From Octopus vulgaris (Eukaryota), in contig OX597814.1 of assembly GCA_951406725.2 (NCBI GenBank), forward strand, positions 109,492,001 through 109,556,000: a stretch of 64,000 nucleotides of DNA, written 5' to 3'. How positions within the stretch are numbered: position 1 is the stretch's first letter; every line of letters begins with the position of its first letter. Of this stretch, positions 1-13,519 are shown piece by piece. The position numbers and the translations under genes are program-made. The notes beneath the pieces were generated by a model that saw nothing but the letters and a program-made list of their open reading frames with translations, did not search any database and had not been told where the DNA came from.

Positions 1-1546
1 TTTCTACGTGCCACCGGCACAGGTGCTGATGACCCAACACCAGCATCGGCCACAACTATGGTCTCACTTTGTTTGGCAGGTCTACACAAGTACAGTATAC
101 GACCAAGAGTCTCTGTCACCTGTCACTGCCTCCATGAGGCCCAAGGCTCAAACGGTGCTTTTTTGCATGCCACTGGTTCAAAATTAATAGAAACAAAGGC
201 ATTGAATTTCACTAGAAATATGGTAACAATGCATTGTTATAAATCAGACGAGGCTGTATTTTAATACAAATACGAGAGTTCTGCAATGGTTGCTTGTTAT
301 GCTAGATCCAAGACAGCTAAAAATAAATTTCAAATTGACCTGGAAATCTTATTTTATTCATATAGCTTTTGGTCTGCAACCATGTTGGGGCATTACTTTA
401 AAGGGTTTTTTTTTTAGTTGTGGAAACTGACCCTAGACTTTTTTTTTTAAAGTTTGGTACTTGTTCCATCAGTGTCTTCTCTGCCAAATTCCTCAGTTCC
501 TTCTTCTTGGCTATTCTGTTCTTGAGTAATGAGTGTGGGTGTGTTTATGTCCTTGTAACAGCAGTTTGGCAAAAGAGACTAATAGAATTTTAAAGAATAA
601 ATAATAATAATAATAATAAAAGTACCAGAGTCAATTCATTTTGAGTGAAATTCCCTAACATGGTACTGCAGCATGGCCATAGTCTTATGACTGAAACGAA
701 AGATAAAACACAATGTAAAATCAATTTTTTTTATTTTGTATGAAATTTCTTTGATGGTTGACTCGGCTAGAGCACACCATTTTTAAATGTGTGTAGTGGT
801 TTACAGCCATTACTTCATTCAATCAATTTTAAATGTATATCGCATTAATTTCTCTATGACACCTTATTTTCACTGTTTCCTTTATTTGATTTGTGAGTTT
901 TGATTAATTCCCACACCCCACCCTTCACTTTGTAGTGATTGACAATTATCTGATTAAACGAGAGTTAATTAGTTACTGCTTATCCACCATCATCCATCCA
1001 AATACTTTAAATAACTACTCCTGAGGGTCGAAAAGATCTTTTCTCACAACCTCCCTGATTGCCTTAAGTAATATCAATGTAAATTATGCCAAGCCCATAG
1101 CTTAATTGACAGCATGTTCTCTATCGTGTATTCATTCTGCTGAAATAATTGCTCACAATAACAAATTAAATATTTCGTCTCTCTCACGCAACATACTTAT
1201 TTCTAATCATGATTCGTATGTGAAAAAACACAAAAGGTTTGTATGTACACCATCGCATAATCTACATAAAGGCAAGATAGACTAACCTCATCGTGAAATA
1301 TATTTATCTTTTATCTGTTTAATAACGTAAATCAAAGCTGCACGATGACTCAACCAGAGAGAGATAGAGGAGAATCGTATTACTGTTTAATGACTTAGGA
1401 AGCGAAATATCTGAGAATGAGTCGGAGAGGATTACAAACCAGTGTCTTGTACAACCTGTCTTTGGCAATTTGATCTCATCCACCCTTTGCTGCAGTTTTA
1501 GAAAGGCAATTTTCATGGTATTCTGACAATTACACAAGTTGTTTTT

Positions 1547-1765
1547 ATGAGCTGGCAGAAACGTTAGCGTGCCGGGCGAAATGCTTTGCAGTATTTCGTC
1601 TGTCATTACGTTCTGAGTTCAAATTCTGCCGAGGTCGACTTTGCCTTTCATCCTCTCGGGGTCGATAAATAAAGTACCAGTTTTGCACTGGATCGATGTA
1701 ATCGTCTTAATCCCTTTGTCCTTGTTTGTCCCCTCTATGTTTAGCCCCTTGTGGGCAATAAATAA
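1547..1765 (+). mobile_element. tRNA-derived SINE family B with a Meta-domain-like core (copies at 3072-3276, 8441-8652, 16337-16570 -, 32100-32289 -, 34930-35162 -, 40257-40462, 43826-44202, 44717-45129 -)
   Basis: gagctggcagaaacgttagc head, gagttcaaattc B box, and a conserved gcctttcatcct..cggggtcgataaa..aagtaccag core. Confidence 0.85.
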
Positions 1766-3488
1766 ATATATATTGCCCTCTTCCATTGAGATTTTTTCTT
1801 AGTTTCAACCAAAATGTTCCTCAATATATTTATTATCACTTTGCCCCCAAAGGATCTTGCATTTAATAACCATCACAATATATTTTGTTTATTTATCTTA
1901 GTTTAAAGCCAATTTAAATTCTAATTGGACAAATGAATCGAGCATTTTTAGACATCAAACTAATTCAGTTTGGTCTTCATCCCATTACACAAAGTCTTGG
2001 AAATATTTATAAACAGGGAAAATACATACAATTAGAAGCTGTTGAAGGTGTAATAAAAAAAAAAACCAGACATCACTTACAGTCAAGAGAAACTGTAAAA
2101 GGTTGGCATCAGCATAAGTATATGTGGCTGAGGAATCATTGATATTATAAGGGACAAAGAGAAATAAGCAATTTGAGGAATATTGAGACAACAGATTTGG
2201 ATTTTGATGGCTTGGCATCCAAAGCAATTGATGTAGTTGATAAGGCTTTAAGATGGGGTTTTAGGGGGTAGGGTGATACAGCTACACAAGTTCCCTAAAG
2301 TGATTTTCAGGATGTGTATTTTATGGTGGATGAAAGGAAGTTTCTATCAAAGAATTATGAGTGGTTTCAAGTCACTATGAAAGGAGTTGAATAAAATTTC
2401 ATGTTGTTCCTGACAACAGATTACAATTTTGAGATTCTATATACCATTTCAATCTTGGTATTTTGGGCATATTGTCATACCTGAAATTCTTCAATTTTTG
2501 CTCATAATATTGAAATGAAATATTTTCATATTCACAAAATTCCTTCATTACAGATGCAGAAAATACATTTTTAGATACAGCCTCCAGCCATAGAAGCTGA
2601 GATGCTTAAAATATCTGGTGGTGTGGGTTATGGTCTAGTGACCCGTACTGTAAATTGGGTAGTTGGAGTCTGGTGCAGCTTGCCAGCTCTGGTCAGATCG
2701 TCCAACCCATGCCAACATGGACAACAAACTTACTATCTTCCAAGCCTAATTCATATTTCTTTTGCTTGCTATATCCACTGTGGTGGTGTTTGTAAATATT
2801 TCCCCCCACATATTTCAGGGTATCTTTTTATCATAACAAGCAGTTACCACAGTGCAATGCTGGAAGTGATTCTAAATGTATCAATGTCTTTGAATTCCGA
2901 GAATGCTACAGATTGCTTGATTTTTAGCCAGAGAAATATTAAAATGTTCTCTTGTATGATGGTGTCACTACAGAAATACATTCATTCATTAGTAGGGTTA
3001 ATTTTAACATTTTGGCTGAAATGAGTTTCCAGGGCTGTTGCATAGTGAACAATACAATAGTTAGTGTATTGGTGGTGAGCCAGTCGCATTGTTAGCACAT
3101 CAAGCAAAATGCTTAGCATTTCATCTGTCTTTACGTTCTGAGTTCAAATTCCACCAAGATCAATTTTACCTGTTATCCTTTCATGGTCAAATAAGTACCA
3201 GTTGAGCACTGACGTTGACATACTCAGCTTGTCCCCACCCCTGAAATTGTTGGCCTTGGGCCAAAATCTGAAACCAATGTAATAATTAGTGGGTTTGTTC
3301 TGAGAGGAATTTAAGACTTGAATCAGAAATATATGTATAGAATTTATTTATTAACAAACACCTTAGTCCATTTCAGTAGGTCCTGTGAGAATGAAATGGT
3401 GAAATGGATTGAAGCCTCTCAAAGGCCACTTGATAAATTTAAGTTCATATTTGAATTATGGTATTCCTGGTTCCATACTGGTATTATT

Positions 3489-3519
<31 letters not shown>

Positions 3520-3522
<3 letters not shown>

Positions 3523-3792
3523 TCATCATCCAGTGTTTTAAATTCGGATTTTGTCCCTGTTAACAGAGGTGGCCAGCTCAATGCCATAGCAACTGCCTTC
3601 ACACCGTCTCGCCATCTTGCCCTGTTTTGGGCGTCCTCCCTTCTGAAGCCAACCCTCCCAATCTCCTCCTCCACCTATCCCCCTCCACATTTCCCTCAAT
3701 CTACTTTGCTTTCTCAGTCCATTTACCTCAAACTCAAGCACCCTCCTCAGAACATGTTCCTCATCCCTCTTCAACACATGCTCATACCACCA
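3520..3792 (-). mobile_element. 3' end of a second RTE-like family (second copy at 7350-7620)
   Basis: Encodes WY(G/E)HVL(K/R)RDEEHVLRRxLEFEVNG...QNRARWR with a (GAT)n tail. Two similar copies. Confidence 0.8.
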
Positions 3793-3909
3793 CATATTTG
3801 TGTGTGTGTGAAATAAATGTCAGAGATACTTTGCCTCCTGCAGGAGCTGCTCAGAGGTTTTCCAATCACTTCTAAATCCATTCTAATACAGGAAACTCTA
3901 CATATATAT

Positions 3910-4270
3910 ATCATCATCATCAACATCATCGTTTAACATTTGCTTTCCATGCTGGCATGGGTTGGACGATTTGGCTGAGGACTGGCGAACCAGATGGCTG
4001 CACCAGGCTCCAGTCTTGATCTGGCAGAGTTTCTACAGCTGGATGCCCTTCCTAACACCAACCACTCCGAGTGTGTAGTGGATGCTTTTTACGTGCCACC
4101 GGCACAGGGGCCAGTCTAGCAGTACTGGCAATGGCCACGCTTGAAATGGTGTTTTTTATGTGCCACCTGCACGGGGCCAGTCAGGCGGTACTGGCAACGA
4201 CCTAGCTCGAATCTTTTTACACATGCCACCGGCACAGGTGCCAGTAAGGCAATGCTGGTAACGATCACAC
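3910..4270 (-). mobile_element. RTE 3'-end copy, representative of more than 25 copies (e.g. 10420-10820, 13775-14020, 14960-15440, 17843-18046, 18143-18430, 20260-20480, 20679-20958, 27010-27285, 27657-27960, 28000-28404, 29290-29610, 30933-31498, 36485-36897, 42755-43105, 51736-51988, 58044-58568)
   Basis: Shared core ttccatgctagcatgggttggacg...ttctacagctggatgcccttcctaacgccaaccactc with a (CAT)n/(GAT)n tail, matching the 3'UTR of the LINE at 48310-48800. Confidence 0.9.
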
Positions 4271-4274
4271 GATG

Positions 4275-6429
<2,155 letters not shown>

Positions 6430-6430
<1 letters not shown>

Positions 6431-6757
6431 GGCTCAGTGGTTAGAGCGTCGAGCTTACGATCGTGAGGTTGTGAGCTCGAATCCCTGACCGGGCTGCGTG
6501 TTGTGTTCTTGAGCAAAGCACTTTATTTCACGTTGCTCCAGTTCACTCAGCTGTAGAAATAAGTTGCGACGTCACTGGTGCCAAGCTGTATCGACCATTG
6601 TCTTTCCCTTGGATAACACTGGTGGCGTGGAGAGGGGAGGCTGGTATGCATGGGCGAATGCTGGTCTTCCATAAACCCTGCACGGACTTGTGTCTAGGAG
6701 GGTAACTTTCTAGGTGCAATCCCATGGTCATTCATGACCGAAGGGGGTCTTTTTACT
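6430..6757 (+). mobile_element. tRNA-derived SINE family A (other copies: 14292-14627 +, 25802-26070 +, 15745-16289 -)
   Basis: Pol III A box TGGCTCAGTGG and B-box-like GAGCTCGAATCC (GAGTTCGAATCC in the 14292 copy), a CORE-like tgtgttcttgagcaaagcacttt segment, and several near-identical copies. Confidence 0.88.
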
Positions 6758-7888
6758 TTATTCATCCATGCATTTCTTTTTCCATGCTAGCATGGATTAC
6801 ACAAATATATTATCAAGCTATAAATGCACGCATGCACACACACACACAACTGGCAGCTTTCAATTTCCATTTACCAATTCCACTCACACAGCTTTGGTCA
6901 GCTTAGGCTATAGTAGAAGGTGCTGCACAGTGGGGCCGAACCCAAAACCACATGGTTGGGAAGCAGGCTTCTTAACTATGCAGTCATACCTAGCCTCCAC
7001 CTAGCAGCATGTCTGCCCAAACTTTCTCTAGTGATTACATTTTGGTTTTAAGCCAAAACGACGTGGGCATGCAACCAGAGCCTGATTTTATCTTCATCAA
7101 GAATACTTGTTAAGTGATGTCTGAATTAGTTGCATGACGAGCCGGTGGTGCTTTGACTAACATCAGCATTGCAGCACAAACGCATACAAATATGTAATTT
7201 ATGTTGTAATGAAATGTTAATTTTTGTCAAATCATCAATACTAATACATAGTCTTTTGGACTAAATTTTTACACGTTAGGCCACTGGAAATGACAGTTTT
7301 AATTAATTTCCATTTCCCTTTGATATGATTAAGTATATATATATATATCATATCATCATCATCATCCAGTGTTTTAAATTCAGGTTTTGTCCCTGTTAAT
7401 GGAGGTGGCCAGATCTACCTCAATGCCATAGCAACCACCCTCACACTGTCTCGCCATCTTGCCTTGTTTTCGGCATCCTCCCTTCTGAAGCCAACCCTCC
7501 TGATCACCCCCTTCACATTTCCCTCGGTCTACCTTGCTTTCTCGGTCCATTTACCTCAAACTCAAGCAGCCTCCTCAGAACATGTTCTTCATCCCTCCTC
7601 AACACATGCCCATACCACTGCATATATGCATTGCAGCATGAACGCATACAAATATGTATTTTATGTTGTAATGAAATGTTAATTTTTGTCAAATCATCAA
7701 TACTGTCTGCAACCTGTGTAAGTTTGGTTCCGTATTCACTCACTTGTGCCTTGAGAGTATGCTCTGGCACCTCATCAGCTTTATCATCTTTCCAGCTACT
7801 CTCACCTCATCCTTATATAATGTAAGGTAGCCCCGTATCTCCTCTATAAGCAGGACATCTATGCTTGTCCTGCTGTCATACTTTAACT

Positions 7889-8155
7889 CAGTCATTCCCA
7901 AAGTGGGCGGTATTGTGCCATTGGGGGCAGTGGAAAATTCCAAGGGAGCATTCAAAAAAGGGGGGTAATAATGGGATAGCTATTCATGTAAAGACAATAA
8001 AATAATGGGTGCAAGTTTTTATTTGCTAATTACAGTTGCTTTGAATTTGCTTTAGAAAGAGGTCTATGTTTGTGATTGTTAGTTGGAGTGGGGGGCACAA
8101 GGAATGTGACCTAGGTGTCAAGGGGCAACAGCCCAAAAAAGTTTGGGAACCACTG
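7889..8155. mobile_element. hAT (Charlie-like) MITE
   Basis: TIRs cagtcattcccaaa / tttgggaaccactg, with similar but not identical 8-bp flanks (ctttaact / cttaacct). Confidence 0.65.
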
Positions 8156-9607
8156 CTTAACCTTTCAACATTCAGCAAAAAGCCACCTCTTTCTCATTCT
8201 CCTTCATGCACCCCTCATTCATCTTCATGCCAAAGCAGACCTCACTGGTTGCTGAAAAGTACCCAGTACACTCTTTAAAGTGGTTGGCATTAGGAGAGGC
8301 ATCTAGTGATAGAAGCCATGCCAAAACAGACAAATGGAACTCAACTCACTCCTGTGGTTTGTTAGATCCTGACAAACCATCAAACCCATTGCCGGTATGG
8401 AAAATAGAGATTGAACGATGATGACTATTATTATTATATGATGGTGAGCTGGCAGAATTGTTAACACACTGGACAAAATACTTAATAGTATTTCGCCGGT
8501 GGCTATGTTCTGAGTTCAAATTCTGCTGAGGTCAACTTTGCCTTTCATCATTTTGGGGTTCAATAAAATAAATACCAGTTGAACCCTGGGGTTGATGTAA
8601 TCAACTCATCTCCACCTCCCCCAAACTGCCCTTGTGACAAAAATTCGAAACTATAATTATTATTATTCTCCTCCTCCTCGTCTTTTTGTAGTGCTAGGAT
8701 TATAAAAAATCTTTCAATGAAGATTCATTTTCAAAACTTTTTAGTTGTAAGTTTTTGTAAATGTTTTAGATTTTATTGAGAGATGGAAAAAAATGAGAAT
8801 TTTGGAATAACCTGTGTTTCTGAAAACTAAATTTGGTATAAAGATTTCAACAGGGAGTTTAAGGATTTCATTTTCCAGTTGCTACTTTGTCGCCATCATC
8901 CGCTTTTTCCTTGTTTGCATGCGTTGAATGGAATCTATTGAGGCAGATTTTCCGTGGCTTGATAATGTCCTTCCTGTCACTAATCCTCACCTGTTTCCAA
9001 GCAAGGTAACATTTCTCCTTGACCAGACATGTTTCTTCGAAGACTGGAAATGAACAACACCATTTGTATGATGGTGATGCTTGTTTACAACCATAACATG
9101 ATGTCAACACACGAACACACAATGACCGTCTTTCTCCATCTAACAAAACCTTTCTCAAAGCTTTGGCCAGCCTGTAGCTATAGAAGACACCAGCCCAAGG
9201 TGCCACACAGTGGGATTGACCAAGCTCCTCAACCATGCAGTTATATGTGCACTAAAAATATATATATAAATTGAGGGAAATTTAGTAATTGTTTTGTTTT
9301 TCCTTTAGTAAGGACTCTACCCGAACAAATTCGTACATCACGATTTTAAATGCTGAACTCTTGAAGTTGAACGAAGATATGTTCTTTCTTTCTTTTTTTG
9401 ATTTGTTGGTAATTAATTTGAAATTAATACTTTTCTACTTATTAATATTTTCACAGGTTTAATCTCCATCTTCTGCATTTTTTTTTTTTTTTTGTAAATT
9501 AAAATTGTGTGAATATTATTTTAAGAATTTTTATTCAAAACTTTGCTTTTAACTTAAATTTCTATCAAAATGCTGTTTACTGAAGATTTTTTTTTTTTTT
9601 TTTCCAG

Positions 9608-9715
9608 GAATGCATTCTCAGTGGCATGTTGTCAGTGGTTGGCAAACGAGTTCTTCACATGGATCGGAATAAATACTATGGAGGGGAGAGTGCATCTATG
9701 ACACCATTAGAAGAA
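9608..9715 (+). CDS. GDI: Rab GDP dissociation inhibitor, coding exon 2 ([36 protein letters not shown])
   Basis: Polypyrimidine tract plus ccag acceptor, gtgag donor, 108 nt, phase 0/0. The translation matches the conserved GDI N-terminal LHMDRNxYYGGES motif. Confidence 0.97.
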
Positions 9716-11133
9716 GTGAGTTTACTTTTGTATCTCTTCAATATTTCAGAATCTCATTTAACTTTAAATATTTTCTATTTTAATATATTTTCTATTTAAT
9801 ATATACTTGGTGCGATTTGGTATTTCTTTAGCTTTTTCTTCATTTTACTAATTACAAATTAATATATTGCACGATTAATTTTGTGGAAATTTTTACTGTA
9901 AATAACAAAGTCAAACAGTTTAATGGTTGTGTCTTGAATAAAAATAAAAACCTTTTATGGCAGTGAAAATATGATTTAAAATTATATATCTGTTAATCTC
10001 ATTTCTCTGCCTTCTATTTGTGGGAGGGTTGTGTGGGGCAGAGTCCTTGAGCACCCCTTTAATAAGGTTCTCTCAGAAGCAATTGTTATTACACTTCCCG
10101 GGTCTGACCAGCTGGGTGTCACAATCATGAATATTGAGAACATCTCTGTCCGAGTTTGGTTTTAATGTCTGCTTTTCCTCATTAGCATGGGTTGGACAGG
10201 TCCTCATTTGAGGCCAAGTTTTACAACTGAACACTCTTTCCTATCACCGACCCTTACATGCTTCTCAAGTAAGAGATGTTTTTGTTCCACAGGTGTGCCA
10301 AGCAGGTAATCATAATGTCAACAAAGGTTGTAAACATATGACAGTTTTACTCAAGTGGTGACAAGTGAAACCATAGGGATGTCAGCATTTGCACAGATTC
10401 ACACATGTATACATGCATACATCATCATCATCATCATCATTAACGTCCGCTTTCCATGCTAGCATGAGTTGGACGATTTGACTAAGGTCTGGCGAACTAG
10501 ACTCCAATCTTGATCTGGCAGTTTCTACAGCTGGATGCCCTTCCTAACGCCAACCACTCCGAGAGTGTAATGGGTGCTTTTACGTGCCACAGGCACGAGG
10601 GCCAGTTTGGTGGTACTGGCAACGGCCACGCCCAAATGGTGCTTTTTATGTGCCACCTGCACAGGAGCCAGTCCAGTGGCACTGGCGACGACCTCGCTCT
10701 AATATTTTTTCATGTGCCACCAGCACAAGTGCTAGTAAGGCAACGCGGTAACAATCACACTCGAATGGTGTGTTTAACGTGCCATCAGCACGAAGGCCAG
10801 CTTGTTGCTCTGGCAATGATTATACATAAATACATTCACGCATATAGAAATATAACATGGCTCCTACAGTTTCTGTGTACCAAATTTGTCCATTAGGTAT
10901 TGATGGGCCAGAGATATGTAGAAGGATTGAACCTGAAGCCATGTGGTTGCAAAAGGAGACTTTTTAACAATTTTCCGTGTGTAGGTGCACATACATACAC
11001 ATACACACAAAGATTTTGTGATAAAATTTCTAATTATATCACCTAATGTCCACTTTTCCAAGAAATATATGCTAGGAAGGGCTTCCAGCTGTAGAAATTC
11101 TACCTCAAAAAATTCTGTCCAACCATATATATA

Positions 11134-12333
11134 CAGGATGCAATTGGTAAATTGTCATCATTTATATATTTTTAATATCACGCATGCACATTGTTTGTTT
11201 TTGATTTTGTTGACTACATTGTATAGTAGGGTCAGTTGGGCATGGTCTGTGACAAAAACAGCAACATGCTGTACTGCTTGGCATTTACACCGGAAGCTCC
11301 AATACAAACATTTCAGAGTGTTTGGGTGTCAATCTGAGGACAGGGCAGAGGATTCGGAAAGAGGTAGTTGAATTTAATGGTGATTACGAAGGTACAGCAG
11401 CTTGCAAAACTCACTCTGATATTCTGATAAGAAAAGAACTCCTAAATTTGTTGGTGAGATCCAGGCCATGATTGACAACAATTCCTCCAAGTCAATCAGG
11501 TCCATTGCCAGGTACACGGGAGTGTCTGAGTTTCTTATCAGGCAGGTAATGCACAAAACATTCGGTATTCCTCATACAAGATGAGAAAAGGCCAATTTCT
11601 ATCCCAAGCCATCAAGGGCAAAAGAAAACACTCCGCTAAGAAGCTTTTGAACAAACTAAAGTGACCCCGCCAACCGAACATAGTTTGGTTTTTCTCAGAT
11701 GAGAAAAATTTCTCCCTAGATCAGATGGTGAGCAGTCAGAACAACCATTGGCTTGCCGTGCCCCCAAAACACACCGAGAGTGATAAAAATCAAACATCCA
11801 GTCAATATCATGGTGTTTGGAGTGATCACTAGTGATGGCAACGTTATGCCGCCATTCATCTTCCCAACCAGCCTCAGACTCAACACAGAAGCCTATATCA
11901 AGTGCCTGGAGAAGGTAGCACTGTCCTTGGTCAAGAGGGTGGCTGCTGGAAGATCCGTATCTGGCAACAGGACTCTGCACAATTTCTGCAACCACATCAC
12001 CCCTAACATCTGGCCACTTAACTCCCCAGACTATTATGTGTGGGGCGCAATTGAGCGAAAGACCAACAAAACTCCTTGTAACATCAAAGATGAAATGAAA
12101 GTAAAGATTATGAAAGCATTCACTGACTTAAACAAGGAGGCTGTCCAGAAGAGTTGCAGGAGATTCCGAAGTTGTCTGGAGGCCATGGTTGAAGCCAATG
12201 GCGATTTTATTGAATAAATTTACTCTAGTATTTCAAGATATTTTTATGCAATTTTGGTAAATATATGTTAAAATGAAATGTCAGTGTTATTTTCATTTTT
12301 GCATAATTTAGACAATTTATTCACCACACCCTG
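11134..12333 (+). mobile_element. Decayed Tc1/mariner-superfamily transposon, probably DD37D/maT type
   Basis: TA flanks and imperfect TIRs (caggatgcaattggtaaattgtc / gacaatttattcaccacaccctg). Transposase remnants FSDEK (~11692), MVFGVITSDG, WQQDSA (~11962) and WPLNSPD..YYVWG. Confidence 0.85.
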
Positions 12334-12480
12334 TATATATATATATATACATTTTTTTCTCTTTTTTTTTTAATCAATTTTATATATGCATTCAGATGAA
12401 TATGGTACTTAAGTTGAGGCACCAGAATTTAGTACAGTATTATCCATACAATTTCAAAATAAGGTGATTAAAATCAAAAT

Positions 12481-12839
12481 AAGCAACAAGGATATCCAGA
12501 GGTAATGTAGTACGATTGTTTCAAGCAACTCCATTTAATTGAACAATGCAATCATTACATCAATTTAAATGCAGAGCAATCCTCAGCTGCATAAAGACAG
12601 AATTTAATTAAATTAAAACAGATGGACACATTAGTATAATTTTACCTAAAATCTCCAAGAAGGTAAGGGGATAGACAGAGAACATGCTGTCTTCATCTGT
12701 TTTAATTTAATTAAATTCTATGACTTTATGCAGCTGAGGATTTCACTGCATTTAAATTGATGTAATGATTGCATTGTTCAATTAAATGAAGTTGCTTGAG
12801 ACGATCGTACTGCATTACCTTTGGATAGCCTTGTTGCTT
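12481..12839. repeat. Inverted repeat with ~145-bp arms (12481-12625 / 12692-12839)
   Basis: aagcaacaaggatatcc...aaaacagatg is the reverse complement of catctgtttt...ggatagccttgttgctt, with a few mismatches. Confidence 0.93.
12728..12815 (+). ncRNA. Type-I hammerhead ribozyme-like motif (Penelope-like); inverted partner at 12505-12592 (-)
   Basis: Stem I ATGCAG/CTGCAT, core CTGAGGA, long stem II, GAGAC (GAAAC in the partner), palindromic stem III ACGATCGT, cleavage triplet GTA. Confidence 0.6.
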
Positions 12840-13393
12840 CAGTGCACTCACACACACACAGTTTTTTTTTTTTCGGTTTCTAGAAAATCTGCAAGCAGGG
12901 CATTTGTTGACAAAGGGCTATAGTAGAAGACACTTGCTTGAGGTGCCATGCAATGGGACTGAGCCGCAATTCACATGGTTGAGATGCGAACTTATTAACC
13001 ACACAGCCATACATATCTTAAATAAACTAATAAGATAAAATGAGCTGAGGGGGAATAACTCAAATAGGTCAATGGCATGAATTTGCATAATTAAGGAGAG
13101 ATGTACTGAATAACCTGCACAAAATATTCTTAATTGAAATTTTCTCATAGTGGCTATTTTTTACCAATTCTCAAGAAAAAAGAGATATAAATTAATCTTA
13201 ATCATACAAATGACTGTATCCAAAAATTATTTCCACTCTCAGAGTGATTGGCGTTAGGAAGGGCATTCAGCTGTAGAAACCTGCCAGATCAGACTGGAGC
13301 CTGGTGCAGTCTCCTAGCTTGCCAGTCCTCAGCCAACATAGAAAACAGACATTAAACAACAACTGTGATGATGATGATGATGATGATGTTTCT

Positions 13394-13519
13394 GTTTATG
13401 GCCGTATCCCACTGAAACCACTGGTTCTCTTTCAATAACTGAAGTTAAGCAATGTCCAACCTAGTTAGTGGAGTGACCACTTAACAGGTGACCATTCGGG
13501 AAACCTAGAGGCTGTTAGC
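13394..13519 (+). pseudogene. 5S rRNA-derived pseudogene or SINE3-type head
   Basis: gtttatggccgtatcccactgaaaccactggttctc...gaagttaagcaatgtc..cctagttagt...ggtgacc..cgggaa....gctgttagc is collinear with invertebrate 5S rRNA. It has many substitutions and a disrupted box C. Confidence 0.75.

Noticed and set aside
1342-1414. C/D-box snoRNA candidate (ACGATGA...CTGA)
   Set aside because: Box C is imperfect, there is no terminal stem, and no rRNA/snRNA antisense element could be recognised.
10497-10896. Recurring short ORFs such as FLQLDALPNANHSESVVGAF and EWLALGRASSCRNSAR
   Set aside because: These are chance translations of the RTE 3'UTR repeat, and frames and stops differ between copies.
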